The notes under the pieces: generated by a model | Seen by the model: the letters and a program-made list of their open reading frames with translations, nothing else | What the model was told of the DNA's origin: nothing | Database searches by the model: none | Shown here: positions 11,212 to 22,770 of the stretch, piece after piece | Position numbering within the stretch: the first letter of the stretch is position 1 | How the letters are laid out: every line of letters begins with the position of its first letter | NCBI RefSeq assembly: GCF_028368995.1 | Contig: NZ_JAQNDL010000003.1 | Location: 2,528,001 to 2,592,000, forward strand | DNA length: 64,000 nucleotides | DNA from: Nannocystis bainbridge | Lineage (GTDB): Bacteria; Myxococcota_A; Polyangia; Nannocystales; Nannocystaceae | Direction of reading: 5' to 3' | Made by a program: the position numbers and the translations under genes

Positions 11212-12813
11212 ATGCGCCAGAAGCTCGTCGACCTCCTCACCAAGTACCGCTCGCTGCTGCTGGTCGGCGTCGGCCTGCCGGTCGGCTTCGTCTTCGACGC
11301 CGTCCTGCGCCTGCGCGCTCGCGCCTACGAGGCGCTCGGCGCCGCCCCCGAGCGCCACGACGAGAAGGTCCGGGACATCCAGGAGCAGGTGCGGCGCTGG
11401 GCCAGCCAGCCGGCGGGCGAGCGCAAGCCGATGTGCACCGACCGGCGCACGTGGATGAACCTCTCGACCCGGTTCGAGCCCAAGCACACCTGGCACAAGG
11501 TGCGCATGGGTGCCCTGCGCGACGTGCTCGGCCTCGACGAGCAGGCCCGCACCGTCCGCGTCGAGCCGTTCGTCACCGTCGGCCAGGCCATGCGCTACCT
11601 GGCCCAGCGCGGCTACATGCTCGCCGTCCACCTCGAGATCGCCGACGCCACCATCGGCGGCCTCGCGCTCGCGGCCGGCATGACCACCCACTCGCACAAG
11701 GTCGGCATGTTGTTCGAGACCGTCGTCGCCTACGAGGTCGTGCTCGCCGACGGCAACCTCGTGCGCGTCACGAAGGACAGCCACCCCGACCTGTTCCGCG
11801 CCATGGGTTGGTCGCACGGCACGCTCGGGCTCCTCGTCGGCATCGAGCTCGCCGTCGTCCCGATCAAGAAGTACGTGCACATGCGCTACGTCCCGGTCCA
11901 CTCGCAGCAGGGCTACTGCGACGAGATGTACCGCCTCGCCACCGCCGAGGACGCCCCGCACTTCCTCGAGGCCACCGTCTACGCCAAGGACCGCGCCGTC
12001 ATCATGTGCGGCGACTTCGCCGACGAGCCGACCGATCCTGGCGAGCGGGCCAAGATCAACCACGTCGGCCGCTGGTACAAGCCGTGGTTCTACAAGCACG
12101 TCGAGACCTTCGCCGAGCGCGGCGGCGACGAGTACATCCCGCTGCAGGACTACATCCTCCGCCACAACCGCAGCATCTTCTGGGTCGTCGCGCACATGAT
12201 CCCGGAGGGCAACCACCCGCTGTTCCGCGCCTTGCTCGGATGGTTGATGCCGCCGCGGATCGCCTTCTTGAAGTTCTCGACCACCCCTGCGGTGCGCAAG
12301 ATGACCTTCACCATGCAGGTGTTCCAGGACATCGTGCTGCCGATGAGCGCGATGAAGCGGGCGGTCGACCTCGTGGCCGAGAAGTTCGAGATGTTCCCGA
12401 TCTTGCTGTACCCGTCGCGGGTGTACGACCACGGCGAGGCCGGCGGTCAGCTGCCGCGGCCGTTCCCCGAGGACATCGTGCCGGGCACCGACCACGCCAT
12501 GTACTTCGACCTCGGGGTCTACGGCGTGCCCGGGCCGATCCAGCGCGGCCTACCGTTCAAGACCGTGCACGCGATGCGGGCCATGGAGGCGTTCACCGCC
12601 AGCGTGCGCGGGTTTCCGTTCCTGTACGCCGACACCTTCATGACCCGCGACGAGTTCGAGGCCATGTTCGATCTCCGGCTGTACCGCCAGGTCCGCGAAC
12701 GCTACGGCGCCTCGGCCGCTTTTCCCGACCTGTACGACAAGATCAAGCCCGAAGTCGACGTCCTGGCCGTCCTGGACGAGGAGCGCGACCTGGACACCAC
12801 CCTCGCCGACTGA
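11212..12813 (+). CDS. Delta24-sterol reductase-like FAD oxidoreductase (DHCR24/DWF1 family)
   Basis: FAD_binding_4 motifs (VRVEPFVTVGQ, TIGGL, WSHGTLG) plus family motifs RWYKPWFYKHV, LLGWLMPP, LYADTFMTRDEF, AFPDLYDK. Confidence 0.85.
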   Translation: MRQKLVDLLTKYRSLLLVGVGLPVGFVFDAVLRLRARAYEALGAAPERHDEKVRDIQEQVRRWASQPAGERKPMCTDRRTWMNLSTRFEPKHTWHKVRMGALRDVLGLDEQARTVRVEPFVTVGQAMRYLAQRGYMLAVHLEIADATIGGLALAAGMTTHSHKVGMLFETVVAYEVVLADGNLVRVTKDSHPDLFRAMGWSHGTLGLLVGIELAVVPIKKYVHMRYVPVHSQQGYCDEMYRLATAEDAPHFLEATVYAKDRAVIMCGDFADEPTDPGERAKINHVGRWYKPWFYKHVETFAERGGDEYIPLQDYILRHNRSIFWVVAHMIPEGNHPLFRALLGWLMPPRIAFLKFSTTPAVRKMTFTMQVFQDIVLPMSAMKRAVDLVAEKFEMFPILLYPSRVYDHGEAGGQLPRPFPEDIVPGTDHAMYFDLGVYGVPGPIQRGLPFKTVHAMRAMEAFTASVRGFPFLYADTFMTRDEFEAMFDLRLYRQVRERYGASAAFPDLYDKIKPEVDVLAVLDEERDLDTTLAD

Positions 12814-13136
12814 CCGGCGGCCTGGGCACCGCCTCGCCGTCCGGAGCCGCCCGGCCGGGCGCCCGGAAGGCCCTGGACGGCGGCCGGCGGCACCGCGACC
12901 GCCGTTCGGCGCGGAACTCACGAGCCCGGTCCGACGCTTCGTTGCGCGCCCGCAAACCTCGTGGTATTTCACGCGCGCACAAACGTTTCTGGCACTCGGC
13001 TCATTTGCACGCTCGTCCCTGAGTTTGTATCGGCCCTTGTCTGGCGACGCTGACCTCGTGAAGCGGTTCTCACGGCGGTCGGGGTGTGAACACGGGACGC
13101 GAGGCGCCCAGGAGCCGCACGCACGAGACGACGCAC

Positions 13137-13631
13137 ATGAGCAACCGACTGTTCGTAGGTAACCTGTCCTTCCAGACCACCGAGGAGGACCTCCAGCAAG
13201 TTTTCGCAGATTTCGGTGAGATCGCCGAGATCCGCCTCGTCCTCGACCGTGAGACCGGTCGTTCGCGTGGCTTCGCCTTCGTGGCGATGGCCGACGACGA
13301 GGCTGCCAAGCGCGCCACCGAAAGCCTCAACGGCCAGATGCTCGACGGCCGCCCGCTCCGCGTGAACGAGGCCGAAGAGCGCCGCGATCGCCCGGGTGGC
13401 GGCGGCGGCGGCGGTGGCGGCGGTAGCCGTCCGTTCGGCGGCGGCGGCGGTGGTGGTAGTCGCGGCGGCGGCGGCGGCTTCGGCGGCGGCGGTGGTGGCT
13501 TCGGCGGCGGCGGCGGCGGTGGCGGTCGCGGTGGCTTCGGCGGCGGCGGCGGTGGCGGTCGTGGCGGCGGCGGTGGCCGTGGCGGCGACCGTGGCGGTCG
13601 CGGCGGTGGCGGCGGCGGCGGTCGCTGGTAG
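13137..13631 (+). CDS. RRM RNA-binding protein with Gly-rich/RGG tail
   Basis: RNP2 LFVGNL; RNP1 RGFAFVAM; long GGGGF/RGG tail. Confidence 0.92.
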   Translation: MSNRLFVGNLSFQTTEEDLQQVFADFGEIAEIRLVLDRETGRSRGFAFVAMADDEAAKRATESLNGQMLDGRPLRVNEAEERRDRPGGGGGGGGGGSRPFGGGGGGGSRGGGGGFGGGGGGFGGGGGGGGRGGFGGGGGGGRGGGGGRGGDRGGRGGGGGGGRW

Positions 13632-13813
13632 CCAGCCCCGTCCGTCCTCGACACACAGGACGACGACCCCTCGAGACGCGAGCAGGAGCCCAGCTCCTCG
13701 CTCGCGTTTCGCGCTCGAGCGCCCTGATTTTCTCGCCCGGACCGGCCAGGAGCGATCTCCCCCGCGACCCGCGCCCGGACGCCCCGATACCTGCGGTATT
13801 CTGCGCCTAACGC

Positions 13814-16021
13814 GTGTCTCCCCGCCGCCTCCGTCACGTCGTCCTCGCGGCCAGCCTCGGCGTCGCGGCCCTCGCCCTGGTCGGCGCCGGCCCGCCCGCG
13901 CCCGCCGGCCCGGACGCCCCGTCCGACCAGTTCTCGGCCACCCGCGCCCGCGACGAGCTCGCGCACCTGCTCGGCGACCAGCGCCCGCACCCGGTCGGCT
14001 CCGCCGCCAACGACGCCGTGCGCGCCCGCCTGGTCGCCCGCCTGCGCGCCCTCGGCCTCGAGCCCGAGGAGCAGCGCAGCTTCGCCTGCAGCGACGCCGG
14101 CACCTGCGCCCCGGTGACCAATGTGATCGCCTGGCTCCCGGGACAGGTCGCCGGCCCGGCCCTGGCGATCACCTCGCACTACGACTCGGTCGGCGCCGGC
14201 CCGGGCGCAGCGGATGACGGGCACGGGGTGGCGACGACGCTGGAGCTGCTGCGGATCTTGCTCCCGCTCCCGCGCCATCCGCCGCTGGTGGCGGTGTTCA
14301 CCGACGGCGAGGAGGCCGGCCTGCTCGGCATGCGGGCCTTCGCCGAGCACCCCCGCGCCAGCGAGATCGGCGTCGTCCTCAACCTCGAGGCCCGCGGCAC
14401 CACCGGCGCCGCCAGCATGTTCGAGACCAGCGACGGCAACAGCGCCCTGATCGCCGCGTTCGCCGGCGCCGGCGCCAGCGCCCTCTCACTGTCCTACGAG
14501 ATCTACCGCCGCCTGCCCAACGACACCGATCTCACGGTCGTCAAGCAACACGGCCTTCAGGGCATGAACTTCGCGTTCATCGGCGGCGTGCTGCGCTACC
14601 ACACCCCGCGCGACGACCTCGACCACCTCGACCTCGGCAGCGTGCAGCAGCAAGGCGACGCCGTCCTCGCCACCGCGCGCAACCTGCTGGCCGCCGAGCT
14701 GCCGCCGCCCTCGCCCCACAACGCCCACTACGTCGACCTGCTCGGCCTCTTCTTGCTGCGCTGGCCCGCATGGGTCGACGTCCCGCTGGCCGCCGCCGCC
14801 CTGCTCGCCCTGCTCCTCACCGCGTTTCGCCGCCGCCGCGAGCTGACCCCGCGCGCCGTCCTGCTGGCCCTCGCCGCCCCGTTCGTCGCCGTGCTCGCGG
14901 CCGCCGTCGCCGCGACCGGCCTGCTGCGCGCCGCCGAGGCTCTCACCAACCCGCTCGGCCCCTGGCGCGCCTCCACCTCGCTCGCGCTGCTCGGCCTCGC
15001 CGCCGCCGCCGTCGCTGCCAGCCTCGCCGCCGCCCGCCCGCTGATCCGCCGCGCCGGCCCGCTCGCCCAGTCGCTCGTCACCTGGCTGCTGTGGACCGTG
15101 CTCGCCCTCGTCGTCGCCACCCAGGTCCCCGGCGCCGCGATCCTCCTGCTCGCGCCCGCCGTGCTCGCCGCGATCGCCCCTGCCTCTCGCCTCGCCCCGA
15201 TCGCCGCCGCCCTGCTCGCCGTCGCCGTGTGGGCCCCGCTCGGCCCGGCCCTCGTCGAAGCCCTCGGCCTCGACCCCGTGCTCGTCGGCGCGACCGTCGG
15301 CTGGCTCGTCACCGCCCTGCTCCCCACATGTCCCGAAGAACCTGGTGAAAAGACCCTGTCCCTATGGACATGGTCTTTCGCGCTGGTCGCCCTCCTCGCC
15401 GTCGGCGCCGCCGCCCTCGCCCCGCGCCACGACTTCGACCACCCGAGCAAGGCCAACCTCGTCCACCTCACCGACCTCGACCTCGGCCGCGCCTGGCACG
15501 TCGTCGACGCCCCGGCCGGCGTGCCCGGCCCGCTCGCCGACGCCCTCGCGTGGGACCAGCCGCGCCCGCTGCTGCCGTGGTCGAGCCGCCCCGTGCCCGC
15601 GGCCCCCGCGACCCTGCTGAGCGACGACGGCCCTCGCCTCGAACCGCGGGCTCCGGCCGCGAGCGATCTGCCGGGCCGCCTCGTCATGACCTTGCGGGCT
15701 CGCCCCGGCGCGCTCGGCTCCATGCTCGTCATCCCCGCCGGCGCCGTCGCCACCCTCCGCGTCGGCGGTCGCGTCCTCGAGCCGTCGCGGCTTCGACCTG
15801 GCCCTTCGGACACCCGCATCGTCACCGTGTTCGGCTCCGCGGCCGAGGGCGTCGAGGTCGTCGCAGACATCACCACCGCCGCCGCGTGGACCCTCGTCGA
15901 CATCGCCCCCGGGCTCGCGCCCGACGCCCCGAAGCACGCGCGCCCCGAGTGGGCCGTGCCCTATCAATGGGGTGACTGGATCGCCGCGCGTCGCAGCTTC
16001 ACACCGCCCACCGCGCAATGA
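13814..16021 (+). CDS. Membrane-bound M28 family metallopeptidase
   Basis: SHYDSV, GAADDG, DGEEAGLLG, NLEARG, YHT motifs followed by many TM helices. Confidence 0.88.
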   Translation: MSPRRLRHVVLAASLGVAALALVGAGPPAPAGPDAPSDQFSATRARDELAHLLGDQRPHPVGSAANDAVRARLVARLRALGLEPEEQRSFACSDAGTCAPVTNVIAWLPGQVAGPALAITSHYDSVGAGPGAADDGHGVATTLELLRILLPLPRHPPLVAVFTDGEEAGLLGMRAFAEHPRASEIGVVLNLEARGTTGAASMFETSDGNSALIAAFAGAGASALSLSYEIYRRLPNDTDLTVVKQHGLQGMNFAFIGGVLRYHTPRDDLDHLDLGSVQQQGDAVLATARNLLAAELPPPSPHNAHYVDLLGLFLLRWPAWVDVPLAAAALLALLLTAFRRRRELTPRAVLLALAAPFVAVLAAAVAATGLLRAAEALTNPLGPWRASTSLALLGLAAAAVAASLAAARPLIRRAGPLAQSLVTWLLWTVLALVVATQVPGAAILLLAPAVLAAIAPASRLAPIAAALLAVAVWAPLGPALVEALGLDPVLVGATVGWLVTALLPTCPEEPGEKTLSLWTWSFALVALLAVGAAALAPRHDFDHPSKANLVHLTDLDLGRAWHVVDAPAGVPGPLADALAWDQPRPLLPWSSRPVPAAPATLLSDDGPRLEPRAPAASDLPGRLVMTLRARPGALGSMLVIPAGAVATLRVGGRVLEPSRLRPGPSDTRIVTVFGSAAEGVEVVADITTAAAWTLVDIAPGLAPDAPKHARPEWAVPYQWGDWIAARRSFTPPTAQ

Positions 16022-16128
16022 TTCGCTGCGACCTTTCGCCCGCGGAAGGTCGCCCTGCGCTCTGGAGCGCGCGCTTGCTGGCCGTCGAGCGCCCATGGTA
16101 GCGTCGCCGCGCTGGAGGCTTGGAAGAC

Positions 16129-18810
<2,682 letters not shown>

Positions 18811-18898
18811 GCCGCAAAACCCGCTTCGGGGCGTGCAGCGATTACACGCCCCGAACCAGAGAACGATCGCTCGGCCGCCTGAAGGTGGCCGCGCGGCT

Positions 18899-20227
18899 TT
18901 AAGGCTCCTTGATCACATCCCCCGGCGCTTCGGGGAGGCGCTTGAACCCAAACGCGACGGTCCCGGGTTCGTTCACCGGCGCGAGGAGCCGAAGCGAGTG
19001 CCGCCCGGGACGCAGCGTGGTCCACCGCGGAGTCCCGCCCTTCTGCGTCTCCATGAAGCCGGTCGAGCAAGCACCACACGGGAAGATCGACACGGCGGTG
19101 TTGGGTTGATCGAACTTCACGTGTATGTCCGGCACGAACGTGGCGAGCTGCTCGTCACCCGCCAGACGCAGCTCGTAGAAGCTCGTCTCATAGATGTCGA
19201 AGGTGAACTCGACGCTCATGCGCCCGTCGTAGGGGCCGATCGTGTCGGCACGCGAGCAGTCGATCTCGGACTCCATCTCGAAGTATTCACCGTTCCACGG
19301 GATCGCCGGCGCGTTGCACTCGCTCAGCAACGCGTCGAAATTACAATCGCTCCATGGATTTGTCAGATCCTGAAACTCAGCGACGCTCTCAGCCAGGGAC
19401 ACGCCCAAGCCGTCGTGAAAGTTTTGATCGATCTGCTCGATCGTCGCATCTGCCGCGACCTCCGAGTACAGGCGAATAAAATCGTCGATGCCATGCCGCC
19501 CGATGAGGTACCCGGCGAACTGTCCCACGACGGGATAGGCTCCGGAGAAGCCGGCCAATTCGCTGTGAGACAGCTCCAACAGATCGAAGATCTCGATATC
19601 GTGTTTGGCATCCTCACGGAACAGTCGACCATCATAGCCTTCGAAGGCAACGGCAGCTCCCTCGGTGAAGAACGGTCGCGGGTGCCTGTCCTTGATCCTG
19701 TAGGTGATATTGTGAATCAGTTCATGGTTCAGCGGCGCCATCGTGGATGCCGACCTGCCGCCGCCCTGCGCACACCCCGACACGTCGGGAATGCTGCAGT
19801 GCTCTTTCAGCGTCTCCGAATCCTTCACCCAGGTGTATCGAATGCGGTCATCTCCGACCGGCGCCTGGACCCCGAAGCGCATGGAAGCTTGCGAGATGAA
19901 GCTGTCCATGTGCTGCATCGTCCCGCCGCACAGTTCGAGCCCCTCGTCGGCGATCACCACGACATGCTCGCCCTCGTAGGAGGGCTGCTCTTGCTCGCCC
20001 GTGCTCGGCTCGGGCCCCTCTGTCGACGGCATGTCGTTGCTCGTCGTCGACTCCGTCCACCCCGCCTCACTCGTGAGAGCTTCCGAGGTCCCCGAGGTGC
20101 TCGACGCGCTCGAGCTCGTCGTGAGAATTTCAGAGCCCGTGGTGCTCTGTTGCGCGACTTCCTCGCCGGCGCAATGCGCCCCGGCGATGCAAACGGCGAC
20201 CATCCGGACCGAGACAGAGATACGCAT
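18899..20227 (-). CDS. Exported protein with HExxH zinc-peptidase-like motif
   Basis: LNHELIH followed by FFTEGAA (gluzincin-like third ligand); signal-like N-terminus; less GC-biased codons. Confidence 0.65.
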   Translation of the reverse strand: MRISVSVRMVAVCIAGAHCAGEEVAQQSTTGSEILTTSSSASSTSGTSEALTSEAGWTESTTSNDMPSTEGPEPSTGEQEQPSYEGEHVVVIADEGLELCGGTMQHMDSFISQASMRFGVQAPVGDDRIRYTWVKDSETLKEHCSIPDVSGCAQGGGRSASTMAPLNHELIHNITYRIKDRHPRPFFTEGAAVAFEGYDGRLFREDAKHDIEIFDLLELSHSELAGFSGAYPVVGQFAGYLIGRHGIDDFIRLYSEVAADATIEQIDQNFHDGLGVSLAESVAEFQDLTNPWSDCNFDALLSECNAPAIPWNGEYFEMESEIDCSRADTIGPYDGRMSVEFTFDIYETSFYELRLAGDEQLATFVPDIHVKFDQPNTAVSIFPCGACSTGFMETQKGGTPRWTTLRPGRHSLRLLAPVNEPGTVAFGFKRLPEAPGDVIKEP

Positions 20228-20334
20228 CGAGCTCCAGTAGAGTGCGTAATTCCGGGCGCCGTCAACGTCCTCGTCGCACGATCGCGACACCTTCAAGCCC
20301 TGAAACTCGCAGCCCCTTTGAACAGCCCGCGAGG

Positions 20335-21873
20335 TCAGCTCTCCGAACCGGGATCCTCGCCCCGTCGCCGCAGCGCCAGCGCCCCCGCGGCCGCGAGCAA
20401 CGCCCCGGCCCCCGACCCCCCGTCCGCCGTGCAGCCGCATCCGCCGTCGTCGTCCAGCACCCCCCCGCCGCCCGAGTCGGTCGCCTCCGCGTCGGTGCTC
20501 GCGGCCGTCGTGCTCACGCCCGTCGTGCTCACCGCCCCGCTCGTCGGCGCCGCCCCGGTGTCCGAGCTGCCGCCCGACTCCGTCTCCCCGCCGGTCGTCT
20601 CCGGCAGCGGCTCGAACTCGGGGAACGGCCCGCGGATCGCCACCGTCAGGTGGTCGAACATGAGGTTGACGAACATCGTCTTGCCGTCGGGCGAAAAACA
20701 CACCCCGGCGAATTCGCTGTCACTCTTGGCATTGCGGGCAAAGTCGAACACATGCCCCTTGGCGTCGAGCCCACGCACGTAGTTGTCGCCGTTGCCGTCC
20801 TCCGCCATGAACAGCTCGCCCCACGGCGCGACGGTGATGTTGTCCGGATGGTCGAGCACCTCGAGGTCCTCCGAGCGCGCCACCAGCTCGAGCGTCCCCC
20901 CGTCGGGCCCGTCGACCAGTTTGAAGATCTGACCGCCGCCGACCGGCCCCCCGTTCGTCGAGCACACATAGACCGCGCCCTGCCAGTAGACGATGCCCTC
21001 GCCGCGCTTGACCACCGCCGCGCCCTTCGCCTGCGCCTTGGCCCGCACGCTGTCGTCGTTCGGCGTCGGCTCGTCGACATCGACCCACGCGATCGCCACC
21101 ACCTGGCCGACCTCCATGTCCGTCGTCGCGAATCGATCGACCTCGACCGCTCGCAGCGCCTGCAGCTTGCCGGTGAACGGGTCGGCCTTGTCGTCCGGCA
21201 CGAACCGATAGAGGCAGCTGTCGCCGCGATCTTCGGTGAGGTAGGCGACGAACGTGCGCGGATCGATGCAGGCGGCCTCGTGCCTGTACCGCCCATAACC
21301 GGCGATCTGTCGCGGCGGCTGCACGCTCGTCGCCTCCGTCGAGCACAGGTAGGTGTAGCCGTGCTTGCCGTCGACGGTCTCCTCGCACGACAGCCAACCC
21401 CACGGGCTCATGCCACCGGCACAATTACGCAGGGTGCCGAACAACACCAGGTTGCTCGACTTCAGCTCGAGCGTGTCGTTGTCGATCACGAGCCGCGTGA
21501 CCCCGCCCGACGCCCCCGGGTTGTAAGCCTCCGGCGGCACCGGCTGCTCGGGGTAGAGCGGCGTGTGCAAGATGTCGAGCACGCCGAGCTCATGGTTGCG
21601 CATGAGGATGATGGTGCCGTCCGGCCCGGGGAACGCACCCATGGCGTCGGGGAGCCCAGGAGAGCGATAGCCGTCACTCAGCGGATCGAACAACCGAGTC
21701 AAAATTTTATAGGAGAAGCCGGGCGGCAGATCGAGGATGCCGTCCGGGTCGGACACCAGGTCGCCGTATTTCGCAGCCCGGGCGATGCGGTGATAGGTGA
21801 ACGTGAATGGCAGCGCCGCCGAGCCCGCGATCGCCGCCCCGCCGCGCAACAGCCCCCGCCTGCCGAACTTCAT
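20335..21873 (-). CDS. phoX: PhoX family alkaline phosphatase with Tat signal and MYXO-CTERM sorting tail
   Basis: GRRGLL Tat motif; RNHE, NCAGG, WLSCEE, RHEA, YLTED, PDNI; C-terminal GCGC...ALLAAAGALALRRR. Confidence 0.85.
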   Translation of the reverse strand: MKFGRRGLLRGGAAIAGSAALPFTFTYHRIARAAKYGDLVSDPDGILDLPPGFSYKILTRLFDPLSDGYRSPGLPDAMGAFPGPDGTIILMRNHELGVLDILHTPLYPEQPVPPEAYNPGASGGVTRLVIDNDTLELKSSNLVLFGTLRNCAGGMSPWGWLSCEETVDGKHGYTYLCSTEATSVQPPRQIAGYGRYRHEAACIDPRTFVAYLTEDRGDSCLYRFVPDDKADPFTGKLQALRAVEVDRFATTDMEVGQVVAIAWVDVDEPTPNDDSVRAKAQAKGAAVVKRGEGIVYWQGAVYVCSTNGGPVGGGQIFKLVDGPDGGTLELVARSEDLEVLDHPDNITVAPWGELFMAEDGNGDNYVRGLDAKGHVFDFARNAKSDSEFAGVCFSPDGKTMFVNLMFDHLTVAIRGPFPEFEPLPETTGGETESGGSSDTGAAPTSGAVSTTGVSTTAASTDAEATDSGGGGVLDDDGGCGCTADGGSGAGALLAAAGALALRRRGEDPGSES

Positions 21874-22008
21874 GCACGCCCATGATCGCCAGCTCCAGCC
21901 CCCTCTTCAAGCCCGGCACCGTGACGATCATCACCGCCGCCGCGGCCGGGCTCGCTCCCATACCTGACCTTTGCGACAGCCTCGTCGGCCGGCTTCGCCA
22001 CCTGTCCC

Positions 22009-22539
22009 TTGCGACATCCGGCGCCGCCCCCCGCCTCGTGCGGGCGGTGCTATAGTCGCGCCCGTTTGCCGCCTCTCGGCCGCACCAGCCTCCTCGGCAC
22101 GCTGCTCGCCTACGCCGGCCTCACCCTCGGCGTCTGCATCCTCTCGCGCGCGTCGGCCTGCGCGGGCGCGCCCCAGCCCGCCAGCCACGGCACCGCCGCC
22201 GAGGAGACCGCCCTGTGGGCCTTCTTCGGACCTGTCGCTCCGGGCATGTCGCTCGGGACATGGTCCATCGTACATGTCACTCCGCCGCGCGGCGGCTCGG
22301 TGATCTTCACCCTGCGCGCCGCCGGCCTCCCCGACCTCGAGCTCGCCGTCACCCGCCTCGTGCCCGACGGCCCGCGCCCGCTGGCCCGCACCGCTCACCT
22401 GGCGCTGTACCTCGCCCGACCTGACCCTTCGGACAGCCCTACCCCATCCGCGACCCTCGCCGCCGCCACCGCCCTCGCCGAGGCCTTCACCGCCCGCGAG
22501 GCCGCCATGTCCCCGCCGCTCGCGCCCCTCACCCCCTGA
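22009..22539 (+). CDS. Hypothetical exported protein (start uncertain)
   Basis: Hydrophobic N-terminal segment; host-like codon pattern in this frame. Confidence 0.45.
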   Translation: MRHPAPPPASCGRCYSRARLPPLGRTSLLGTLLAYAGLTLGVCILSRASACAGAPQPASHGTAAEETALWAFFGPVAPGMSLGTWSIVHVTPPRGGSVIFTLRAAGLPDLELAVTRLVPDGPRPLARTAHLALYLARPDPSDSPTPSATLAAATALAEAFTAREAAMSPPLAPLTP

Positions 22540-22613
22540 ACGAGCGGCCAGCTCGCTCTTACAACCTGTCTCTTCGGACATCCTATCCGGCACCTCAGCC
22601 AGCCCCTCCGCCT

Positions 22614-22757
22614 CTCTCTTCCACATCCTCGACTGGCCCTCTCCGCTCACCGAACCACGCCCTGTCCGCTCGACCAGCATCGCCCCTCTCGTCCACATCC
22701 TCGACCATCGCTCACCGCTCCTCGAACCACCGCCTGACCCATCGGCCAGCCTCGCCC
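22614..22757. repeat. Imperfect 2 x 72-bp intergenic tandem duplication
   Basis: CCACATCCTCGAC at 22621 and 22693; remainder aligns without gaps. Confidence 0.7.
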
Positions 22758-22770
22758 GCCCTCCCCGCGC

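Noticed and set aside
13165-13178. TGTCCTTCCAGACC motif-like site in the RRM gene
   Set aside because: Falls in the conserved GNLSF peptide, so protein constraint explains it
13395-13625. GGC-rich microsatellite-like tract
   Set aside because: Explained by the Gly-rich tail of the RRM protein
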